A stretch of DNA of 63,810 bases, filler included, from Intoshia linei (Eukaryota; Animalia; Orthonectida): the NCBI GenBank assembly GCA_001642005.1. It is 14 parts of 14 records of this genome, joined end to end, with 100 filler letters (N's around TTAATTAATTAA, not from the genome) between each part and the next. Parts side by side here need not be neighbours in the genome. Positions count along the whole stretch, not along the records: positions 51,634 to 54,971 come from LWCA01002112.1; positions 55,072 to 56,502 come from LWCA01002615.1; positions 56,603 to 59,064 come from LWCA01002303.1; positions 59,165 to 60,355 come from LWCA01002734.1; positions 60,456 to 62,614 come from LWCA01002382.1; positions 62,715 to 63,810 come from LWCA01002793.1; 8 more parts are not named here. One strand, written 5' to 3'. A model generated the notes under the pieces. It made no database searches, was not told where the DNA came from, and worked only from the letters and a program-made list of their open reading frames with translations. Both the position numbers and the translations under genes were made by a program. This document shows, one piece after another, positions 54,551-63,810 of the stretch (positions within the stretch are counted from its first letter, which is position 1; each line of letters opens with the position of its first letter).

Positions 54551-54880
54551 TCATGTTTTAAGGACGTAATTTGTTATATCGGTCTTTATATATATGCAGC
54601 TGCTGGTGAAATCTTTCTCTATGTTCATCCGACCAGGAACCACTTTTAAGGGGAATAACTTTATATGAGATTGTAAAAAATGCATTTTAGGATTGTAGAG
54701 GCATCCCATCTTTTGATAAGATTTCATAAATGCATCAATTAAATTTAAATAATTAATATTACGAATATTACCCAAAAATCCGGATATTAGAGATCGTAAT
54801 GCATTATATGCAGATAATTCTATTTCAGTAAGAGACTCTTCAAATTCCACTGACTTGAATAATTTTCTAATGTCGGTGTA
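54551..54880 (-). mobile_element. DNA transposase relic, tentatively Chapaev3-like
   Basis: GFLGN..Y..MGC....KMHFLQSH..FP followed by a frameshifted DEH.ERFHQ motif. Confidence 0.6.
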
Positions 54881-55501
54881 GTATAATTAGTAAGATTTAA
54901 ATAAGAGCTTTTAATAAAACAAGCAAATTCAACTTAGGTTGATAATATAGATAAATAACAATCAATCTCATNNNNNNNNNNNNNNNNNNNNNNNNNNNNN
55001 NNNNNNNNNNNNNNNTTAATTAATTAANNNNNNNNNNNNNNNNNNNNNNNNNNNNNNNNNNNNNNNNNNNNAATTTCATTTTGGGTACTTGTGAGTCTCA
55101 TAAATACACTGTCACAGTTAGAACTCATCAGTTTTTACTTTGTACCGGTCATTCTTAATCCGTGGACCATCAGTAGTTTTAAGGTGCACCGCAAAGATAT
55201 TTGAGTGTATTTTATAAAAAAGTTTTTTTTTTAAAATTTTATTTGTCATTTTTATAAATTTTTAAACTTTTACATTCACAAACATTGAGAACCATATAAA
55301 AAAGGCATAGAAGCATATAAGAATAGTTAAACTAAATTAACTGGCCTCAACTAATTTTTATAACTTTCCCAAACTCTTAGAAAATTCTTCTGACGCTTAG
55401 TTTAATAACCAAGCCTGTCTGAAATTATTCATCAAACTTTACATTATAATGTACTATTGAATAATTTAAATATGAAAAATCCATTGATCTTATGATTTAA
55501 G

Positions 55502-56294
55502 GATGCTTCAAAAAAATGTTTGGATAGAAGAAATGATGAACAATAGAAATAAATCTAATGTTTTATCGATGCAGTGGTCACATTGTGGTCAAAAAATTGC
55601 AATACTTTATGCAGATGGTAATTCATTATAAAATATTTAACGTTTCAAATTTAAAAAATTTAATAAAGTATTAAAAAGTATTATTAAAATTTCAGGAACG
55701 ATAATTGTCGGTGGAGTGGATGGAAATAAATTATGGGGAATTGAAAGCGTCTTTAAAGATTTTTGCAAATTACAAGTAAGAGATAAATCATATTAATCTA
55801 TAAAACTTGCAGTAATTACTATTGTAATAGTAGTTATTAACTATCACATTAAGATACACCTGTCGTCAGATGTAACTTTTTCTCTAAACTTCTATACTAC
55901 TACTAGTAGTCATCTTTAATAGAAAAAATGTATTTCTCTGTTACATAAAATTTTTGTGTTTTTGTTCAGAGGTGTTTTTTTATCAAGACCTATCAAGCTC
56001 GACCCGCCGATACGAAAAATTGGTTGCGAATTATTAGAAAAAAATTAGAAAACGATGCGTAGTGTCAAATAGCCCTAGCCCCTATCCAAATACATCTCAT
56101 TACTTGATATTTTAAATTTAACACAAAAAATACAAAATATAAGGTAAAAGTGGATTTTCAAAATTGGTCCATTTTTTTATTAATACGCAATAAAATTAAT
56201 ATTTTTATTTTAGTGGTCGATATGTGGAAACTTTATGTTATTTGTCAATATTTATGGAGAAATTATACAATACGATGCTAATGGAAACTATTTG
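55502..56294 (+). CDS. WDR35: WDR35/IFT121 (IFT-A), three internal exons
   Basis: Exons 55502-55617 ([23 protein letters not shown]), 55696-55775 ([14 protein letters not shown]), 56214-56294 (WS..GEI..YDANGNY). Confidence 0.9.
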
Positions 56295-57083
56295 GTAAAT
56301 TTAAAGAAATTTTATAACAATGAATCATTATTAATAATTAGAAAATAATGTACATGTAAAAAACATATTCATCAGACCTTATAATCATCGAAATCCTGTT
56401 GTCACCCGTGAGGACAGGTCAGCCATGGATGACATGGATAAATTTGGGTTATTTTTCCTAACTTTTCCGTAAATATTTGAAACTAAGATTCTGCAACCAA
56501 ACNNNNNNNNNNNNNNNNNNNNNNNNNNNNNNNNNNNNNNNNNNNNTTAATTAATTAANNNNNNNNNNNNNNNNNNNNNNNNNNNNNNNNNNNNNNNNNN
56601 NNCCTGTGTTTTTGGCATTATATGTGAAACAAAAATTATGGTGTTAATTTAGAAGGTATTTCTCATGTCGTACGGGGTGTATTTTATTAATTTTTAAAAT
56701 TCGATAAAAAAGTTAATACTACTGTATATCCTTTACTGTTTCTGGGTAATTATCGATTTACATTAATCATTTAGTAGCTTGTATTTTGTCCTATTTTTTT
56801 CGAATGTTGCAATTTGATTCTAATTTTGGATGATTAACATTTTAGAATGATTTATTCTGACTCTTACTTGTATTAACTAGTTTAGTTGGTATTTAGTTTA
56901 GTTAATAGATATGATACTACACTTTTTCATGAGTAAAACTGGATTATAACCAGTTATTCATATTCTCATTGGATAGATACATGATTGCAAATATATTTTC
57001 ATAAACGTGCGTTAATTGTTTATCTAACTTGCTTTTACATTTACGCGTTTACTGCAATTTCTTATGTTTGCATAATCTCATAA

Positions 57084-58735
57084 ATGAAACTTTTGCGTTT
57101 CAAGTTACCCTCCGACGTTAATGTCGCAAGTGTGGTAATGGGGATTACCACCTTCATTCATGCCATGGTAATGGACGGATTTGTTAACAATTTATCTTTG
57201 ATTGATACGTTCATTCAAAATAATTTTGATGCCACGCACACCGAACGTAACATACTGCAATACTTGTTGAATGGCATTTACTTGTTTATGTGTAATATTT
57301 TTATAAACTATTTAAATCTTTTATTTAGGTCCATTGACAGCTTATTACGTAAAAAAGTATAATTTTAACACTATAATTGTGGTTGGAGGGCTGATTAGCC
57401 TTTTGGGGTTTTTTATTTCTGCAATAACAAGTGAAATTGTAATTACAATTTTTTCAATGGGTGTATTAATATCTATCGGTTATGGTTTGTTGTATATGGC
57501 GTCATTCGTATGTATCATAAAGAAATTTCATGAATCAAGATCGTTAGTTATCGGAATAGTGACGTGTGGGTCTGGTTGTGGAGGGTTCATCATGTCACCA
57601 TTAATACACTATTGGTTAACTAATTATGATTGGAAAGGTACAATGTACTTTTTTTGTATAATATCGATATTGTTTATATTTTCTTCTTTGTTGATGGTGC
57701 ATCCGGATTTGTTAAAGTTTCAGTTTATGAGGTTAAAAATAGACGGTAAATTATTTTACCGTAAGATGGAATATTCTCCAATTCGAAAAGTTTTTGCTAA
57801 AAGTAAAAGCTACAAAACCTCAATAGTACAAATAGACACGCCTTCTAAATTGATTGAAGAAAAGGCCAGTGACATGCACATTGATTCTGGAATATCAAAT
57901 TGCAGTACCCTTTCAGTTGTATCTATTGATAATGAAAAACCTATCGAAAAGCTATATAATACCACTAAACCAAATGTTGGAAAGACTGAAATTGTAGAAG
58001 AATGGATTGAAACGACCGCAAATCACACATCTATTGAAATTGACAAAAATTATGAAAAAAATGTCGAAATTGTAAAAATTAATATTCCAGAAAACTTTGA
58101 AACCCAGAAACCTATTGTCGAAAATAATGTAAATAAAACCGAATTAATTAATGAAGTCGATCGAAATGCTTCATTTGATTCACAAACGGCTCTGTTATCG
58201 AAAAAGGACACTAAAAAATCAAATCCATTTAAAAGTAGAATTTTCAATTGGTATAAATTGAAACTACCCAGAAAACCTACTAGAACTAATGTTTGCAACA
58301 AATATATGGTAAACGTTCACAGCATATTTAAAAAAATATTTTGCACATTATGGAAAGTTTTTTCTTTAAATTTAATTTATGATCCTTCCATGTTGCTTTT
58401 TGGATTTGTTAATTTGATTGCCAGTATTAGTATTATTTCGCCTCTAATGAATATTAACCATTTCATTGTAAAAACTGGATACCACGAACATGCTATACTG
58501 AAATATGTTGTTGTCTTTGGTATATTTTGTTTTATATTTTCTCATTTTTTGTTAGGAATTGGAAATACATGTGGAAGAATGATGAGCGGCTTACTTACCT
58601 ATAAATTCCCTAAAATTGCAATTTCCATGTTTGGATTTGGACTCATATTTGGCGGGATATTCACCGTCGCTATTCAATATTTCACTCAAATCTACATTTT
58701 GTATATATACGGATTTGTGTTTGGTTTTAGTTTTG
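57084..58735 (+). CDS. Monocarboxylate transporter (SLC16/MFS), 3' incomplete
   Basis: Exons 57084-57291, 57329-about 58520, 58556-58735; RSLVIGIVTCGSGCG, YDWKG, long central loop, GIGNTCGR. Confidence 0.85.
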
Positions 58736-59241
58736 GTAATTATTTTAATGTGTGGGCGAAGTTTTTATTAATAATGTTTTGTTTACGTATTGATTGTTTG
58801 ATTTGTTTCAGAAAAATTTAGAAATTTATAAAAATGTTTAAAAATGATATTTTTGTTAACCCATTTTCTCCCAAGTCAGTTTTGGAATTTTTTCTTCTGA
58901 TGTTAATAACATTTTACAATGTTACTAATTGAATCATTTAATTATGTTTTACGAAATTGACTAGAATTTACTCTAGTAATTATCGAGATATTATGTGACC
59001 ATATGGTCACTAGGGCTGTTCATTTTTTACAAAATTTTCGATTCGAAAAAAATCCACCCCCTACNNNNNNNNNNNNNNNNNNNNNNNNNNNNNNNNNNNN
59101 NNNNNNNNTTAATTAATTAANNNNNNNNNNNNNNNNNNNNNNNNNNNNNNNNNNNNNNNNNNNNATAAATTGAAAACTAAGAACGCTATGAAGTTGAAAC
59201 CTGTTTTATTTAAAAGAACATTTTTATATTAATATTGTATC

Positions 59242-60319
59242 CTAGTTTTTGAATATAATATCTTTCAAATGACCGCCACGGTTGTTTTGACAAGATAGGA
59301 CTTTTTTCTTCGTTGTTTCCATAACCTTCATTAGTGTTTCTGGCAAGAGTGCAGCTATTTTATGATAAATGTTGTTTTTAAGTTCTTGTATATTGGTTGA
59401 ATTTGTTACATAAACTCGTGACTTGAGATAGCCCCATAAGAATAAATTACATGGAATCAAATCGGGAGGACAAGGGGAGCCAAGGAATGCCACCAAATCG
59501 TGAAATCAAACGATTTGGAAAGCAATCTTTTAACAATGCCATCGTTTCTCTTGCCGTATGTGTGGTGGCTCCATCCTGTTGAAACCACGTGTGGTGAACA
59601 TTTTGTCTCTCAAGTTCTGAAATAAGAAACTCTCTTATCATCTCGCGGTACCTTTCACCATTAACTGTTACAGTTGCGTTATCATTTTCAAAAAAGTAAG
59701 GTCCATAAACACGTGAAGCTCATATACCGCACCACACAGTCACACGAAGAGAATGCAGTGGTCTTTCTTGGATTTCGCATGGATTTTCATCGCTCCAAAT
59801 TCTGGAATTATGTCTGTTTACATGACCAGTTAAGTGAAAGTAATCTTCGTCAGAGAAGATGATGTTTTTGATGAAAACGGCATCCTAGTACAAACAAAAA
59901 AAGGATTCGGAATATTTAAGACGTTGGTGAACATCATTAGGTAATAACTGTTGAGTCAATTGAATTTTGTAGGGCTTCAACTTTAAGTCCTCTTTCAGAA
60001 TGCGGCATAATGTCGATTGAGAAATGATTAATTGAGAAACACGTTTTCTGGTGGAGGTTTTAGGATTATCTGTAATGCTTACAGCAACTCTTTCGATTAC
60101 GTCTTGAGTTCGAATTGACTTTTTTCGACCAGATCGTGGTTTGTCCTTAACATTCCCGATATCCGCAAATTTTCGATAAAGAGATTTAATTGTGTTTTTT
60201 GAAGGACTGATTCTTGTTTTGAGATGGATCCTGTAATGACGTTGAACTTCTGTTATTGACATCGTCCTAATGTAAGTTTGCAAAATTCTCGTTCTTTCTT
60301 CTTTGCTGTAGCGAATCAT
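59242..60319 (-). mobile_element. Tc1/mariner DD41D (rosa/Visitor-type) transposase, frameshifted
   Basis: HTH with PRSGR, KPYKIQLTQ, IFSDE, WFQQDGA, PDLIPCNLFLWGYLK (41 residues to the third D position, here N), GGHL. Confidence 0.88.
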
Positions 60320-62546
60320 GATGAAAATTTAAGGCTTGATAATTAAACACAAATTNNNNNNNNNNNNNNNNNNNNNNNNNNNNNNNNNNNNNNNNNNNNT
60401 TAATTAATTAANNNNNNNNNNNNNNNNNNNNNNNNNNNNNNNNNNNNNNNNNNNNTGATATATAAGTTTCTAGTAGTACACTATTGAAGTTACTGCTAGT
60501 ACTTAATATTATCATCTCGTTACCAAATGTATTTATAACATCATTTTTATGAGTTATACACCCGATTACGTTACTTCATTGAACGTTTACACATTTGAAA
60601 TAAAGAAAAATGGGTAAACATCTATATAATCCATTCCTTCAAATATTTTTCATTGCTACGCAATTTTTCATTCTCAAATACTCATTTCATCATACTCAAA
60701 ACTTTAAACAAAATTTATTTTAAAACTACACCACTAAAAGTACATTATTATTATCATTTTTGTATTTATTACAATGCTTTACAATGTTGGTAAAATTTTT
60801 AAACTACTGCTTCCGTTAATTATTGATAAAAAATTAGTATTTTTTACTCATCGAAAACAGATACTGAATATACAGGTTTATTTACAATTTTATTTTTTTA
60901 TGGAATTTAAGCTATTTTGACAATTTTTAGGATTTACTATTTTGGTTTTATTTTTAAGATTATACACTCATTATCTCTAATAAATTGAATAAATGGGATC
61001 ACAAAATTGTTTTTAAAATTCTATACAAAAATGCTAACAAAAAAATAAGATGGAATTATTCATTTTAAATAATAAGGTTTAGGTGAAATTCAAGTTTAGG
61101 AATGACTTTTTGAAATAATTGTTAATAATGAGTAGCATTTTTAATTAAGATTTTATTATTAAATTTATTTTTTATGATGTCACAATTTCCACAGTGACTT
61201 GAAAAAATGTATAAAAAAATTCATGTTTGTAAAAAGTTTGTTTAAGTAATTAGTGTCAATTTGAAATTCACATTCCAAACTGCATATGCAATTCTCGAGT
61301 CTTAAAGTGTTAATATACAAAAAATTTACATGTATGTTGTAAAATATATAAATAAATCAACATTGTTAATGTGTAGTGAAATTTTTAAATTTGTGTTGTA
61401 AATCAAAATCTACCCCGTAAAAAAATTGACCACGGTATCTAAATTAAAACATAACCATGGTAACTAACTATTACCTATATTTGCAATTTTCCAATAAAAT
61501 ACAATTGTAATACATAATTGTACATTACACTCGAACACGAGCACGCTAGACTAAAAAGGTTACAAACCTTGTTATAATATATCGCAAATCAATAAAATGT
61601 ACTTATCTTGAGTAAAAATTCACAATATTTAGATTTTTACATAAGTTCATAGAACATAATTTTTCATCAATTATGAGCTTCACAAAGCAATGTAAATATG
61701 GATCCCTAGAGTGCAATATATTTTAAATCTACTTTGATTTTTGAAAAAGATACTTTTAAATTTTATTTATACTGTTTCAAAATTCATAAATAATTAAATT
61801 TATGATTGTAACAATTATCAATTTATTAGTTATTAATTAATTATTAATCATAAACATGTAGAATCTATCATGCGGGATTTAAACCTTTTAAACTTAAAAT
61901 ATCACAGAATCTCAAGTTTTTTAAATACATACAAACTAAAAATCCTGAATTACAGAATATACTACAATAAAACCAATAACTTGTCTTAGAATCTTTGGTC
62001 GTTTATTTAATATAAATTGAACTTTCCAATTTTTACACTAAAGATATCCTAAAATAAAATACCTCGATAAAGCCTTTATAAATTGTATACTTGTTAAATT
62101 AAATGTAAAATAGCTTTGTAACGGGTATGAATGGAAAAAAAATTTTTTTTAATATTATCGAATTTATCAACATTATGTATAATTATTGTTATTATGACGG
62201 GTTGAGTCATAGTTGAAAAATTTTTTGTATAGGTACTAATTGTACAATGTACATTTTGTATAGTGTCTGTCTATATCAGGGTAATGTAAAAAAATTATTA
62301 CGCGGACCGCACATAAAACCTTTACTCGCATCATTACATTAAAATTTATTAACAGTACTATAAAATTTATAAAACCTAATCTATTCCATTTTTTTTCTAA
62401 AATTTTTATTCTCCGCAATTTTGACGAAGAAAGTATTATTTTATTTGTGATATAACAAACACTAGGACTCTGAATGAAACGAAAAATGATTTGAGTCATG
62501 TTTTTACTTTTTTTATATGTTCACATTAGTATCTTAAAAACTAGTT

Positions 62547-62614
62547 ATTAGGTCGTTTCCTAAGTAATGTCGTTTTTATTGTAACTTTATTATAAATCAT
62601 TATATCTTTACGAA
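62547..62614 (+). repeat. mariner-type TIR at a contig end
   Basis: TATTAGGTCGTTTCMTAAGTAATGTCGTTTT, also at about 29296 next to another gap. Confidence 0.6.
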
Positions 62615-63315
62615 NNNNNNNNNNNNNNNNNNNNNNNNNNNNNNNNNNNNNNNNNNNNTTAATTAATTAANNNNNNNNNNNNNNNNNNNNNNNNNNNNNN
62701 NNNNNNNNNNNNNNTAATATAATCATATTTTCATAGTAATAACAAACATAAATCAAATACATGTATGTCTCAATTTTTTTTGGAAAATCCCGGGAAATCG
62801 TAAACTTCCCGGGAATTTTGTCCCGGTTTTTTTCCCGACACAATCACTAACATTATGCATTATAGGAGTAGACAAAAGCATGCATTAAATTTAGTATACA
62901 TTTAGTGTACATTGTAAAATTTATATTGTATGCAATAATATGGATAGTAATTACATCTTTGTAGTATTATTCCCAACTTAAACTTCATATTGGCTCCATA
63001 AGCCTAAATTTAAATATTTTCATTTGTATTTTAATTCCTTTATATTTAAAATCAAGAATAGAAATTATAATATGCACAATGTGCAATAGAGCTATTCCAA
63101 TTTGGACTTTTTTTTAAATATATAAAAGACATATATAGATAATAATCTCCATTTAATTTGCTGCATAATGATATGATTTTTTATTTTCGTCACAAAAAAC
63201 CCCTGCGTCTTTACCTTTTTCTGTTTTCCTAACATTTTTCATACTAAAAAAATATGGCAACTTTTTTGTTCCCGTAGTGGCCATGCATTTGTTATAATTT
63301 TAAGATAACATATAT

Positions 63316-63560
63316 CAGTGATGGCAGCCAACTAAAACTAGGTGTGTTAAATTTAATACTATTTTCAGAAATTTTTTTCTAGTGTTTTTATTAAAAAAAT
63401 ATCAGGTCAATCCAAACCGTCAATTAACTCGAATAACTTAATAATGGAAACTGAGTTAAAAAAATAATTTTTACATTTATTTTTTTAAGTCAGTTTTGAA
63501 ATTTACAAATTTAATTAAAAAAAATTTATTTTAGATTGTTTAAAAAGTGTTTCAAAACAC
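63316..63560 (-). repeat. Second copy of the hAT 3' end seen at 28100-28301
   Basis: CAGTGATGGCAGCCAACTAAAACTAGGTGTG is the reverse complement of about 28272-28301. Confidence 0.8.
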
Positions 63561-63810
63561 ATAATATTGATAAATTCGTCTTTTAAACGCGTTCTACGTT
63601 TTGTAACGAAATTAGAACCAGTAGAGAAATTTCTTTCATTTTGTGTTGACGTAAGTTGAACGGTCATAAGGGGTTTCTTTAATTTTAACAATTTTGATAA
63701 TAGCGTTCCAGTTCGTAAACCCTCATAATATTTTTTTAAAATAATATTGGAAAAAAAGGATAATTCCCTTAAGCGTTAGTATTTGTAGTTTTATGAAATG
63801 GATTTTTTTT

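Noticed and set aside
9678-58301. Short antisense ORFs over real CDSs (e.g. 9678, 25684, 33771, 42996, 58050)
   Set aside because: Shadow frames of known coding exons with no independent evidence.
61260-62499. Possible gene on the minus strand, including ORF 62236-62499
   Set aside because: No consistent spliced frame found; the ORF overlaps a MITE-like end.

Overview
Very AT-rich eukaryotic (metazoan-type) genomic DNA. It consists of contigs joined by 13 artificial 100-nt linkers (N-run + TTAATTAATTAA + N-run), so linkage across linkers is unproven. Genes have many very short (about 30-45 nt) GT-AG introns plus some transposon-filled long introns. Recognised by eye from conserved motifs: a non-catalytic neuroligin-like gene, DDX42 (3' part), KAT6-type MYST acetyltransferase, IDH3A (3 exons), intron-containing tRNA-Met(CAU), torsin, cardiolipin synthase (5' part), AEBP2/jing, a PP6c-like phosphatase, MKS1, IFT46, YIF1, PSMD13, an orphan 4-TM gene, WDR35/IFT121 (3 exons) and an SLC16/MCT transporter. 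Intergenic and intronic DNA holds decayed piggyBac, hAT, Tc1/mariner, Copia and Chapaev-like relics and an abundant non-autonomous Helitron-like family. The divergent proteins, ciliary genes and compact architecture suggest a reduced ciliated animal such as an orthonectid; this is inference, not verified. Best leads: GC-rich structured RNA candidates (PSMD13 intron; about 52.0-52.2 kb), the tRNA-Met intron with an adjacent Copia end, a nested antisense ORF in IDH3A, and a torsin with altered catalytic motifs.
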